From Eledone cirrhosa (lineage: Eukaryota): a stretch of 64,000 nucleotides of DNA. Shown in pieces: positions 22,688-35,570 of this stretch (the stretch's first letter is position 1; every line of letters starts with the position of its first letter). The notes under the pieces are model-generated. The model was not told the DNA's origin. It saw nothing but the letters and a program-made list of their open reading frames with translations, and made no database searches. The DNA lies in the NCBI GenBank assembly GCA_964016885.1, contig OZ024763.1, positions 16,492,001 through 16,556,000 on the forward strand, read 5' to 3'. Made by a program: the position numbers and the translations under genes.

Positions 22688-24451
22688 ATGAATACAGATG
22701 CCTCTTATATAATGCATGAACTAGGCATTGAAAATAGGACACAACCCTTCATGCCAAGGAAACCTAAGATTAATATGAAGGATCATAAAAGGAACTTTGA
22801 AACTGATTTACCAGTCAGATTAATTGCACCATCAAAATCGGACCTTGGCAGACTTAGCAAAAATATTCTGGACAGAATAATACCACAAATTAAGAATTTA
22901 TCTAATTTATCTTATTTAAAATTATGGAAAGGAACTAGTGAAGTTATCGATTGGTTTAAAGAAATTAAATATAACGATAATAATAAGTTTATTCAGTTGG
23001 ATATTGCTAACTATTACTCATCTATCACTCCTAATCTACTGAATAAGGCACTAACTTACGCATTTAAACATACAGACATAACTAGCAATGAAATGCACAT
23101 TATATTATCGGCACGGAAAACATTAATAGAATTTAATAACCAACTCTGGACTAGGGCAGATAGAAATAATAATTTCGACATAACTATGGGATCTTCCGAT
23201 TCCGCTCAGGTAACGGATCTTGTGGGCCTATTTATAATTAATTCTCTACATAGAAAAATACCTGAGATAACCGGAGGTTTATATCGTGACAACATGCTTT
23301 TACTTATAGAAAATAATAACTGTGAACTAAATAGAAAAAGAAAACAAATTATACAATTTTTTAATTATCTTAATCTAAAAGTAGAAATAGAGAATAACCA
23401 TAAAATAGTCAATTTTCTAGATGTAACACTAAATCTTAACACATGTCTTCATTATCCATTTCACAAACTAAATGAGAACTTAAATTATGTCAATTTTAAC
23501 TCTAATCACCCCAGATCCGTTAAAAATACTATAGTGAACTCTGTACAAGAACGAATTTCGAGAATTTCAGTTAATAAGAATATATTTGATGAAAAAGCAC
23601 ATTATTACAACGAAGCGTTAGGTAGAGCTGGGTATAGAAATAAAATTAAATACATCGATAATAATAATAATATAACAACTAACCATAATCGTAACAATTT
23701 TAACTATGGTAACAATTTTAACAACTATAATAGGAAACCTTACATTAATTCCGAAAGCCGAAAAAGAAATAGAACTAGGAACATATTATGGTTCGCTCTT
23801 CCTTTCTCATTAAATATTAAAACCCCTATTGCTAAACTATTTTTTAAAGCTCTTGACAAATGCTTCCCTAGAGCACATAGATATTACTCAATTTTTAATA
23901 GACATACTATAAAATTAACTTATTCTTCCACCAAAAATTTAGCGCAAAATATTAATAGAATTAATAATAGAAATTTAAAACCTAACCAAAATACCAATAA
24001 TAACCCAAGCAATATTCAATCTGATAAATGTAACTGTAGAAATAAATCTAACTGTCCGTTAAATAACAATTGCTTAGCTAAAAATGTAGTATATAATTGT
24101 AATGTAAAAACTAATTTAAATTCATTTAATTATGTGGGATCTACTTCCACAGAGTTTAAATCCCGCTTCAATAATCATAAAAATTCTTTTACAGATCCAA
24201 ACAAAAAATCTTCAACTTCTCTATCTAGCCTATTATGGGACCTAAAACTAGAGAACGTTGAATATTCATTGATTTGGAATATTATTTCAAAAGCTACTTC
24301 TTTTAACTCCTCTTCAGAAAATTGCGATCTTTGTATAGAGGAAATATTCTTTATATTAAAGACCAAAAATTCCCTGAACTTAAGGAATAATTTATTCAGT
24401 TGCTGCAGACATAGAATAAACTCAACGTTTAAATATAAATTTAAAATGTAG
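22688..24451 (+). CDS. Penelope-like RT + GIY-YIG endonuclease (partial; clade possibly Naiad/Neptune type)
   Basis: PVRLI, FIQLDIANYY, DITMGS, GLYRDN (YRDD altered), VNFLDVTL, CNCR..CPL..CL..VVY...YVGST..FKSR.NNH..SF, CDLC.EE..LN.R..CCRH. Confidence 0.9.
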   Translation: MNTDASYIMHELGIENRTQPFMPRKPKINMKDHKRNFETDLPVRLIAPSKSDLGRLSKNILDRIIPQIKNLSNLSYLKLWKGTSEVIDWFKEIKYNDNNKFIQLDIANYYSSITPNLLNKALTYAFKHTDITSNEMHIILSARKTLIEFNNQLWTRADRNNNFDITMGSSDSAQVTDLVGLFIINSLHRKIPEITGGLYRDNMLLLIENNNCELNRKRKQIIQFFNYLNLKVEIENNHKIVNFLDVTLNLNTCLHYPFHKLNENLNYVNFNSNHPRSVKNTIVNSVQERISRISVNKNIFDEKAHYYNEALGRAGYRNKIKYIDNNNNITTNHNRNNFNYGNNFNNYNRKPYINSESRKRNRTRNILWFALPFSLNIKTPIAKLFFKALDKCFPRAHRYYSIFNRHTIKLTYSSTKNLAQNINRINNRNLKPNQNTNNNPSNIQSDKCNCRNKSNCPLNNNCLAKNVVYNCNVKTNLNSFNYVGSTSTEFKSRFNNHKNSFTDPNKKSSTSLSSLLWDLKLENVEYSLIWNIISKATSFNSSSENCDLCIEEIFFILKTKNSLNLRNNLFSCCRHRINSTFKYKFKM

Positions 24452-25818
24452 TATATAATTAATTAATTAATTTTATTAATATATGAAATCTGTCGATAAA
24501 TCATTAGATTCCTTCATCTTTTTTTACTGATTATACACTCAAGTAAAAATAACTTTTCTTCCTAAATATAAATAAATATAAATATAATAAACTATTCTAG
24601 AGAAATATATTGAGAGCTCTTGAAAGGAGAAAATATTTCCTATTTCTTATTTTTTATTTTTTTTATTGTTTTCTTATTGTTCTGATAGCTTCTCCTATTT
24701 TCGAAAGTTTATCCTTTCAAAATTTTGAGTTAAATATACGTAAGATAAATTTCTATACTAAATCTATTAAACATACCATTATTTTGAAATTATAACTTAA
24801 AATATTCTATAATATTTTAAAATTGTATTGCTTTTAAAGTTATATTGCTTATAATTATATTTCCAAATTGTAATATAATCCTTTTGTATTTTATGTACTC
24901 AATTATACTATGTACTGTATTTATATATACTTCTCTCTATATGTGAGTATATATGTATATGTTTGTATTGACATACATGTACATATGTTCTATGCGTTTT
25001 TATGAGTGTATGTCTGTCTGTCTGTCTATGTATGCGTGATGCGTATCTACCTATTGGCTGAGGGTACACACACGTGTATATATGTTTGTGAGAATTGAGT
25101 ATATGCATCATCATCATCATCATCATCGTTTAACGTCCGTGTTCCACGCTTGCATGGGTTTGGATGTGCGTGTATATCCATACAATTTGATTGCACTTAT
25201 GTATAGTGATTATCCCAATGATTCCTGACAGATAGACATTTAATTAACAGCCATAAATACATAACAGGTAATCTTATAAAACTTATATAAAAAATTTTGT
25301 TTAATAACATAAAGTGTGTATAACATAAAATTTCCTTTAATATCTTAACAATTATAACATTTTTAAGATTCCTATATCTTAAATTAAATTAAAGAATCCT
25401 TTATGTTTTGTGTGTATATATTATATACGTAGTTAGATATGTTATGTATTTTATAAGTGTGTATATATATTTATAAGTATTTTTGCGTGTGTATACGTGT
25501 TATATGATATGTAGTTCTCTAGCAATATATGGATTTCTTAATGTATAGATCCCAATTTTTAATATATTGATCTCAAACATCTAATCATATTTAAACAATG
25601 ATTAATTTTTCATATTATATATGTATATTCCATTCATGATTATTAACATTTCTAATTTTATTTATTCATTTCATCTCAATTGTTAAGTTAATTCAACAAG
25701 ATATGTCTTAGAGTTTTCGTTCTCTCCCCTTCTCTCTGCCTCCTCTCTCTCTATATATCTTTCTCTCTCTGTTGTTTTGGTCTCTCTCTCTCTCTTTTCT
25801 CTCTCACTCTCTCTCTCT

Positions 25819-25858
<40 letters not shown>

Positions 25859-26039
25859 CTCTCTCTCCTTCTTTTTCTTTCTCTGCAACCCAACGGCTTA
25901 TTTTAAAAATAAAAATATCCAATATTAATAATAATATAAGTAAACAACTCCACTATCCGGGAGCTTCCAACAGTAATGGTTGCATTTTTTAAGGGTATGT
26001 CAATATTTATTTATAAAACTGATCTATATTATATTTTGT

Positions 26040-26086
26040 CTGATGAAAGCACACCATAATTTAACTTGGTGTCCTTGAAATATGTA
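26040..26086 (+). ncRNA. Hammerhead ribozyme motif in Penelope pLTR
   Basis: CUGAUGA-AAG(C)ACACCA[10 nt]UGGUGU(C)CUU-GAAA-UAUG-UA. Stem I is weak as read. Confidence 0.7.
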
Positions 26087-26241
26087 TAATGAAATAAATA
26101 TGGTTTTATAAATATAGTTTCCATTTGTTAATATCGTATGTTTACTCCAAATACTTGTTGAGTGCTTTATATCAGTTATAAAAATATTTGCTTGTTGTAT
26201 CCCAACAATTTAAATAGAACTCTTACATATATATATATATA

Positions 26242-26646
26242 AACGTTAGAATATGTGTAATAAGGCCAAGACAATGCAGATATGGACATAGAAAAAAGAA
26301 TGCAATAGTGAGAGATATTGATGTGAATTCGTCTTTCACCTTGAATTTATTTAAATGTCCTTAATTTTCGAGATAATATCTCTTCTTCGGAGGGAAGTAA
26401 AGGTCTCAGACCAGCGTCTTTAAATTTGCTGGTCTGAGACCTTTACTTCCCTCCGAAGAAGAGATATTATCTCGAAAATTAAGGACATTTAAATAAATTC
26501 AAGGTGAAAGACGAATTCACATCAATATCTCTCACTATTGCATTCTTTTTTCTATGTCCATATCTGCATTGTCTTGGCCTTATTACACATATTCTAACGT
26601 TGATACCTCATTACACAATGCTTCAAGTGAACTATAACCTCCTCCC
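26242..26646 (+). mobile_element. Perfect fold-back element (inverted pLTR): 174-bp arms plus tail
   Basis: Arms 26242-26415 and 26428-26601, 12-nt loop, no mismatch seen. Tail 26602-26646. Variant core CCU|CCGAAGA-A-GAGAUA U UAUCUC-GAAA-AU-UA|AGG at 26450-26484. (TA)n flanks. Confidence 0.85.
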
Positions 26647-26769
26647 ATATATATATATATATATATTCATACATATGTAATACATACATGCATTTATATT
26701 CTGATTTGCTTCCCTGGTCTAATATTTAAAAATTAGATAATTAATAAATATATTTTCATTTCATTATTA

Positions 26770-27736
26770 TTCAAATCCCGCCGAGGTTAACTTTGCCTTT
26801 CATCCTTACGGGGTCGATAAAATAAAGTACCAGTAATGCACTGGGTTATTGCTGGCCTTGTGCCTAACATAGAAACAATTATTATTTATATATGAAGTTC
26901 ATATTCCATTCATTATATTATTAGCATAATTTATGGTCTGAGATCAAATCCCGCCGAGGTTAACTTTGCCTTTCATCCTTACGGGGTCGATAAAATAAAG
27001 TACCAGTAATACACTGGGATAATTGCTGGCCTTGTGCCAAAAAGTAGAAACAGTTATTATTATTATTAGATTGGTAGTATTGGTAGTGCATTGGACAACA
27101 TGCTTTGCAGAATATAGTTACTGCCCTTTACGTTCTGAGTTCAAATCCCGCCGAGGTCAGCTTTGCCTTTCATCCTTACGGGGTCGATAAAATAAAGTAC
27201 CAGTAATACACTGGGGTTGACATGATTTACATTCCCCCCCTCCCCCTAGATTTGTTGGCCTTGTGCCTAAATCAGAAACCATTATTAGGGCGGTGGATTG
27301 GCAGAATTGGTAGAACATTGGACACCATGCTTCATAGCATAGAGTTACGGCCCTTTACATTCTGAGTTTCAATCCCACCGAGGTTAGCTTTGCCTTTCAT
27401 CTTTATGGAGTCGATAAAATAAAGTACCAGTCATGCACTGGGGCCGATTCAATTGACTTTCCCTCTCCCCCAAAATTGATGGCCCTGTGCCTATATAAGA
27501 AACCCTTATTGTCAGTAAGGGCGGTGGATTGGCAGTATCGGTAGAGGGTCGGACGCCATGCTTTCCAGCATAGTTACGTCCCTTTACGATCTGAGTTCAA
27601 ATCCCGCCGAGGTTGACTTTGCCTTTCATCCTTACGGGGTCGATAGACTAAAGTACCAGTAATGCACTGGGTAATTGCTGACCTTGTGCCTAAAGTAGAA
27701 ACCCTTATTGTCAGTATCGGTAGAGGGTCGGACGCC
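26770..27736 (+). mobile_element. Head-to-tail cluster of ~5-6 tRNA-SINE copies with (ATT)n tails
   Basis: B-box-like gagttcaaatcc, conserved core 'tttgcctttcatccttacggggtcgataaaataaagtaccag', end 'ggccttgtgcct..agaaac..ttatt'. Confidence 0.9.
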
Positions 27737-27782
27737 TCAAAAGTTTGACTCTTTTAGACTAATGTACTTTGGTAGCATTTAC

Positions 27783-27843
27783 CTCTACTGTTAATTAGGT
27801 CATCTAGGTAACAAAAGCTATCAACTACTGCTAGGGAACCTTC
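27783..27843 (-). mobile_element. Short degenerate RTE RT fragment
   Basis: Translates EGSLAVVDSFCYLDDLINSR; compare EGPVETVDSFCYLGDRISNG in the 16-kb RTE. Confidence 0.6.
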
Positions 27844-28024
27844 CTAGTGCTCGTAACACAATAAACTGAAGCAAAACAAGTAATTGAGGTTTTCTTTGGC
27901 TGACTTTAAATAAATAAAACAGAAAATAAATAAATTTATAAATAAAATAAAATAAAATAAAATAAAACAACAAAAATTAATAAATAAATAAATATAAAAA
28001 TAATATTGAAATATTACTGAAAAT

Positions 28025-28033
28025 AGCTACAAC

Positions 28034-28067
<34 letters not shown>

Positions 28068-30212
28068 ACACCAACAATAGTAATAATGTCATCAACAGCA
28101 GCAACAATAACAACAATCTCGGCAACAACAACCATCAACAACGACAGTAACAGCTACAGTAACAAAAACAACAACAAGTCACAAGTGACAACAGTAACAA
28201 CAACAGCAACAACAGTAACAACAGCAACAACAGTCACAACAACAACAGTCACAGTCATAATAGTGACAACAGTGACAACAACAACAGTGACAACAACAAC
28301 AGTCACAACAACAGTAACAACAACAGCAACAACAACAACAGTCATAAGAGTGACAACAGTGACAACAACAGTGACAACAACAACAGTGACAACAACAGTA
28401 ACAACAACCACAACAGTAACAACAACCACAACAGTAACAACAACAACAACAGTCATAAGAGTGACAACAGTGACAACAACAGTAACAACAGTCACAACAA
28501 CAACAACAACAGTAACAACAACAACAGTCACAACAACAACAGTAACAACAACAGTAACAACAACAGTAATAACAACAGTAACAGTCACAACAGCAACACT
28601 AACAACAGCAGTGACAACAGTAACAACAACAGTCACAACAGTAACAACAACAGTCACAACAACAACAGTAACAACAACAACAGTCACAACAACAACAGTA
28701 ACAACAACAGTCACAACAGCAACACTAACAACAGCAGTGACAACAGTAACAACAACAGTCACAACAACAGTCACAACAACAACAGTCACAACAACAACAG
28801 TCACAACAACAACAGTAACAACAACAACAGTAACAACAACAACAGTCACAACAACAACAACAGTAACAACAACAGTAACAACAACCACAACATGAACAAC
28901 AACAACAGTAACAACAACCACAACAGTAACAACAGTCACAACAACAACAGTAACAACAACAGTAACAACAACCACAACAGTAACAACAGTAACAACAACA
29001 GTCACAACAACAACAGTAACAACAACAGTCACAACAACAACAACAACAACAGTCATAAGAGTGACAACAGTGACAACAACAACAGTAACAACAGTCACAA
29101 CAACAACAACAACAGTCACAACAACAACAACAACAACACCAACAACAGTCACAACAACAACAGCAGTCACAACAACAACAACAACAACAGTCACAACAAC
29201 AACAACAACAACACCAACAACAGTCACAACAACAACAACAACAACAGTCACAACAACAACAACAACAACACCAACAACAGTCACAACAACAACAGCAGTC
29301 ACAACAACAACAACAACAGTCATAAGAGTGACAACAACAACAGTAACAACAGTAACAACAGTCACAACAACAACAACAACAACAGTCACAACAACAACAA
29401 CAACACCAACAACAGTCACAACAACAACAGCAGTCACAACAACAACAACAACAACAGTCATAAGAGTGACAACAACAGTAACAACAGTAACAACAGTCAC
29501 AACAACAACAACAACAACAGTCACAACAACAACAACAACAACAACAACAGTCACAACAACAACAACAGTCACAACAACAACAACAACAAAAGTAACAACA
29601 ACAGTCACAACAACAGTCACAACAACAACAGTCACAACAACAACAGTCACAACAACAACAGTAACAACAACAACAGTAACAACAACAACAGTCACAACAA
29701 CAACAACAGTAACAACAACAGTAACAACAACCACAACATGAACAACAACAACAGTAACAACAACCACAACAGTAACAACAGTCACAACAACAACAGTAAC
29801 AACAACAGTAACAACAACCACAACAGTAACAACAGTAACAACAACAGTCACAACAACAACAGTAACAACAACAGTCACAACAACAACAACAACAACAGTC
29901 ATAAGAGTGACAACAGTGACAACAACAACAGTAACAACAGTCACAACAACAACAACAACAACAGTCACAACAACAACAACAACAACACCAACAACAGTCA
30001 CAACAACAACAGCAGTCACAACAACAACAACAACAACAGTCATAAGAGTGACAACAACAACAGTAACAACAGTAACAACAGTCACAACAACAACAACAAC
30101 AACAGTCACAACAACAACAACAACAACAACAACAGTCACAACAACAACAACAGTCACAACAACAACGACAACAAAAGTAACAACAACAGTCACAACAACA
30201 GTCACAACAACA
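28025..30212. repeat. (CAA)n-derived compound repeat with a higher-order internal duplication
   Basis: caa repeats interrupted by agt/agtc. The unique marker 'accacaacatgaac' occurs with its ATG at 28892 and 29738 (846-bp period). Confidence 0.95.
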
Positions 30213-30323
30213 ATGTCAAGAGATTAGGCTCATTTCTTTGATAGACTTCATTTAATAGATTTTTTTTGTTATTCAGAAGGAAATAATTGAGGTCTTGTAG
30301 ACAGCTTCTCAGATATCAACCTT

Positions 30324-30443
30324 TATATATATATATATATATAGACATATATATATATATAGACATATATATATATATAGACATATATATATATATAGAC
30401 ATATATATATATATAGACATATATATATATATATATATATATA

Positions 30444-30519
<76 letters not shown>

Positions 30520-30615
30520 TATATATATATATAGACATATATATATATATAGACATATATATATATATAGACATATATATATATATAGACATATATATAT
30601 ATATATATATATATA

Positions 30616-30689
<74 letters not shown>

Positions 30690-30813
30690 TATATATATAT
30701 ATAGACATATATATATATATAGACATATATATATATATAGACATATATATATATATAGACATATATATATATATATATATATATAGACATATATATATAT
30801 ATATATATATATA

Positions 30814-30851
<38 letters not shown>

Positions 30852-31004
30852 TATATATATATATAGACATATATATATATATAGACATATATATATATAT
30901 AGACATATATATATATATAGACATATATATATATATAGACATATATATATATATTATATTTATATATATGTATATATATATATATTATATATATATATTA
31001 TATA

Positions 31005-31058
<54 letters not shown>

Positions 31059-31524
31059 ATATATATATAATATATATATATACATATATATAAATATAAT
31101 ATATATATATATGTCTATATATATATATATGTCTATATATATATATTATATATATATATATATATTATATATATATATTATATATATATATTATATATGT
31201 ATATATATTATATATGTATATAAATATATTATATATGTTTATGTATATATATGTATATATTATATATATATATGTTTATATATGTATATTATATATATTA
31301 TATATATATATATTATATATGTATATATATATTATATATATATATATGTTTATATATATATATTATATATATATATATGTTTATATATATATATTATATA
31401 TATTATATATATATTATATATATATATATGTTTATATATATATAGATGTATATATATTATATATATATATGTTTATATCTATCTATCTATCTATTTATCT
31501 ATATATACATACATGTAAATATGT

Positions 31525-31579
<55 letters not shown>

Positions 31580-31580
31580 C
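30324..31580. repeat. (TA)n tract with periodic GAC interruptions (~18-bp unit)
   Basis: Read directly from sequence. Confidence 0.95.
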
Positions 31581-31689
31581 ATGTAAATATGTACATACGT
31601 GTGTATATAATTAAATCAATAGAAAAACATATTTGTTCTAACATATACAACTAAGAAAACTTAATATTACCATCTGCAATAGTAATAAC

Positions 31690-34350
31690 ATTAGTAGTAG
31701 TAGTAGTAGTAGTAGTAATGGTGGTATTAGTAGTAGTAATGGTGGTATTAGTAGTAGTAGTAGTAGTAATGGTGGTATTTGTAGTAGTAATGGTGGTATT
31801 AGTAGTAGTAGTAGTAGTAATGGTGGTATTTGTAGTAGTAATGGTGGTATTAGTAGTAGTAGTAGTAGTAATGGTGGTATTAGTAGTAGTAATGGTGGTA
31901 TTAGTAGTAGTAGTAGTAGTAATGGTGGTATTAGTAGTAGTAATGGTGGTATTAGTAGTAGTAGTAGTAGTAATGGTGGTATTTGTAGTAGTAATGGTGG
32001 TATTAGTAGTAGTAATGGTGGTATTAGTAGTAGTAATGGTGGTATTAGTAGTAGTAGTAGTAGTAATGGTGGTATTTGTAGTAGTAGTAGTGGTATTAGT
32101 AGTAGTAGTAGTAGTAATGGTGGTATTTGTAGTAGTAGTAGTGGTATTAGTAGTAGTAGTAGTAGTAATGGTGGTATTAGTAGTAGTAATGGTGGTATTA
32201 GTAGTAGTAGTAGTAGTAATGGTGGTATTTGTAGTAGTAATGGTGGTATTAGTAGTAGTAATGGTGGTATTAGTAGTAGTAGTAGTAGTAATGGTGGTAT
32301 TTGTAGTAGTAGTAGTGGTATTAGTAGTAGTAGTAGTAGTAATGGTGGTATTTGTAGTAGTAGTAGTGGTATTAGTAGTAGTAGTAGTAGTAATGGTGGT
32401 ATTAGTAGTAGTAATGGTGGTATTAGTAGTAGTAGTAGTAGTAATGGTGGTATTTGTAGTAGTAATGGTGGTATTAGTAGTAGTAATGGTGGTATTAGTA
32501 GTAGTAGTAGTAGTAATGGTGGTATTTGTAGTAGTAGTAGTAGTAATGGTGGTATTAGTAGTAGTAGTAGTAGTAATGGTGGTATTTGTAGTAGTAATGG
32601 TGGTATTAGTAGTAGTAATGGTGGTATTAGTAGTAGTAGTAGTAGTAATGGTGGTATTTGTAGTAGTAATGGTGGTATTAGTAGTAGTAGTAGTAGTAAT
32701 GGTGGTATTTGTAGTAGTAATGGTGGTATTAGTAGTAGTAGTAGTAGTAATGGTGGTATTTGTAGTAGTAATGGTGGTATTAGTAGTAGTAGTAGTAGTA
32801 ATGGTGGTATTTGTAGTAGTAATGGTGGTATTAGTAGTAGTAGTAGTAGTAATGGTGGTATTAGTAGTAGTAGTAGTAGTAATGGTGGTATTAGTAGTAG
32901 TAATGGTGGTATTAGTAGTAGTAGTAGTAGTAATGGTGGTATTTGTAGTAGTAATGGTGGTATTAGTAGTAGTAGTAGTAGTAATGGTGGTATTAGTAGT
33001 AGTAGTAGTAGTAATGGTGGTATTAGTAGTAGTAATGGTGGTATTAGTAGTAGTAGTAGTAGTAATGGTGGTATTAGTAGTAGTAGTAGTAGTAATGGTG
33101 GTATTAGTAGTAGTAGTAGTAGTAATGGTGGTATTAGTAGTAGTAATGGTGGTATTAGTAGTAGTAGTAGTAGTAATGGTGGTATTAGTAGTAGTAATGG
33201 TGGTATTAGTAGTAGTAGTAGTAGTAATGGTGGTATTTGTAGTAGTAATGGTGGTATTAGTAGTAGTAATGGTGGTATTAGTAGTAGTAATGGTGGTATT
33301 AGTAGTAGTAGTAGTAGTAATGGTGGTATTAGTAGTAGTAATGGTGGTATTAGTAGTAGTAGTAGTAGTAATGGTGGTATTTGTAGTAGTAATGGTGGTA
33401 TTAGTAGTAGTAATGGTGGTATTAGTAGTAGTAATGGTGGTATTAGTAGTAGTAGTAGTAGTAATGGTGGTATTTGTAGTAGTAGTAGTGGTATTAGTAG
33501 TAGTAGTAGTAGTAATGGTGGTATTAGTAGTAGTAATGGTGGTATTAGTAGTAGTAGTAGTAGTAATGGTGGTATTTGTAGTAGTAGTAGTGGTATTAGT
33601 AGTAGTAGTAGTAGTAATGGTGGTATTTGTAGTAGTAGTAGTGGTATTAGTAGTAGTAGTAGTAGTAATGGTGGTATTTGTAGTAGTAGTAGTGGTATTA
33701 GGAGTAGTAGTAGTGGTGGTAATAGTATTAGTAGGAGTAGTAGTAGTGGTGGTAATAGTAGTAGTAGTAGTAGTGGTAGTATTAGTAGTAGTAGTGGTGG
33801 TGGTAGTATTAGTAGTAGTAGTAGTGGTGGTAATAGTATTAGTAGTAGTAGTATTAGTAGTAGTGGTGGTGGTAGTAGTATTAGTAGTAGTGGTGGTAGT
33901 AGTATTAGTAGTAGTGGTGGTGGTGGCAGTATTAGTAGTAGTGGTGGTAGTAGTATTAGTAGTAGTGGTGGTGGTGGCAGTATTAGTAGTAGTGGTAGTG
34001 GTGGTGGTAGTAGTATTAGAAGTAGTGGTAGTGGTGGTAGTAGTATTAGAAGTAGTGGTGGTAGTAGCAGTACTTAGTGGTAGTGGTTGTCGTGACAGTG
34101 GTGATGGTAGTAGTAATAATAGTAGTAGTGGTAGTAGTTAGAGTGGTGTCAGCAGTGGTGGTGATATTAGTAGTAGTTGTGGTGGTGGTAGTAGTAGTGA
34201 TGGTGATAGTGATATTAGTAGTGGTGGTGGTGGTGGTGGTGGTGGTAGTAGTAGTAGTAGTAGTGATGGTGATAGTGATATTAGTAGTAGTGGTGGTGGT
34301 GGTGGTGGTAGTATTAGTGGTAGTATTAGTAGTAGTAGTAGTAGTGGTAA
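31690..34350. repeat. (AGT)n-derived minisatellite, 21/30-bp units (aatggtggtatt + (agt)n)
   Basis: Read directly from sequence. The poly-Val ORF is an artefact. Confidence 0.95.
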
Positions 34351-34675
34351 TGGTAAATGTGTTTTGTTGTGTCTCCAATCTAACCAATCAGTTTGTAGTG
34401 CCAGTGGTAATAGGGGACATCACTGTTGTAATACGGAGTTATTTTCCCTTGTTTATAGTAACATTTATTGAATTACCATTATATACACACACACACATAT
34501 ATTTATATATACATATATACATACATACATACATATACGAATACAAATATATACGTACATATATTGAGTCGTCAAGTATGGAATTTGTAGAAAATTGAAG
34601 GGAAAAAAAAATTTCTATAAATTTCTTACTTGACAACCCAATATATATATATATATACATGTGTGTGTATATATA

Positions 34676-34719
<44 letters not shown>

Positions 34720-34759
34720 CTTATATATAAAATATATATGTGTGTGAATATAAATATGT

Positions 34760-34965
34760 GGAGGCACGTGGCCTAGTGGTAAGGGTGTTGGACTTACAAT
34801 CATAATGTCGTGGGTTTGATTCCTGGGCTGCGTGTTGTGTTCTTGAGCAAAACACTTCATTTCACTTTGCTGCAGTAGACTCAGCTGAAAAAGAATGACA
34901 GTAATAGCTAGGGATTTAACCCTGCGATGGCTTAACCCTTCTGGCTTAAGACAGACTTTAGACTT
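34760..34965 (+). mobile_element. tRNA-SINE with V-like domain, internally deleted
   Basis: A box tggcctagtgg, B box ggtttgattcc, 'gtgttcttgagcaaaacactt', 'aaccctgcgatgg'. Confidence 0.8.
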
Positions 34966-35414
34966 TATATATATATATATATGAAAAATATGGGGAGAAG
35001 AATACTGCATGGTTGCACATGGATTACATATTATAAAATTAGTCCCTCATCAGTGATTTGCCAACGATCATTGGTATTTCATCACATTAAAAATCATATA
35101 CCTCAGGTTGGTGCGAGCAATAACTAAAATAAGCTATTGGGACAAGTGAAACGCGTAAAGCGAGTGAGACAAGTAAACAACATAGAAGGAAGAGTTAACC
35201 GAAGATGAGAAGAAAAAAACAATCAACATGGTTATTCGATCAGCGTAAGCTGGGTGAATTCATGAGCGCTTAGCGAACAGACCTTTCGCTGTGAATGGGA
35301 TGTGAGAAAGAAAGAATCTGACTCCTAGCGAACGGGAGGAAGTGAGAAGGAGAGAAACAGAGAGTGAGTGAGTGGAAGTGCGAGGAAGAGGTCATATATA
35401 TATATATATGATAA

Positions 35415-35570
35415 TCATCATCATTTAACGTCCATCTTCCACACTAGCATGGGTTAGATGGTTTTGTTCCATTTGATGCGGGAATGGTTGGGAGACCTTG
35501 TCTCACTTGTACAGAAGTGTCTCTGACAGGTTTTTTACAGCTGGATGCCCTTCCTAACACAAACCACATT
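35415..35570 (-). mobile_element. RTE-type 3' tail fragment
   Basis: (cat)n-ttaacgtccatcttccacactagcatgggttaga ... ctggatgcccttcctaacac. Confidence 0.75.

Larger units (their letters stand above)
22651..26225 (+). mobile_element. 5'-truncated Penelope-like element with 3' pLTR and inverted 5' pLTR piece
   Basis: RT + GIY-YIG ORF; hammerhead core 26040-26086; 22651-22686 is the exact reverse complement of 26104-26139; (TA)n at both ends. Confidence 0.9.

Noticed and set aside
24483-24520. SECIS-like ATGA-N11-AAA hairpin after the Penelope ORF
   Set aside because: Lacks the 3' GA of the quartet, the loop is too small, and the visible ORF has no in-frame TGA.
28086-34598. Mucin-like poly-Thr, poly-Asn and poly-Val ORFs
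   Set aside because: Trinucleotide-repeat artefacts open in several frames and on both strands.
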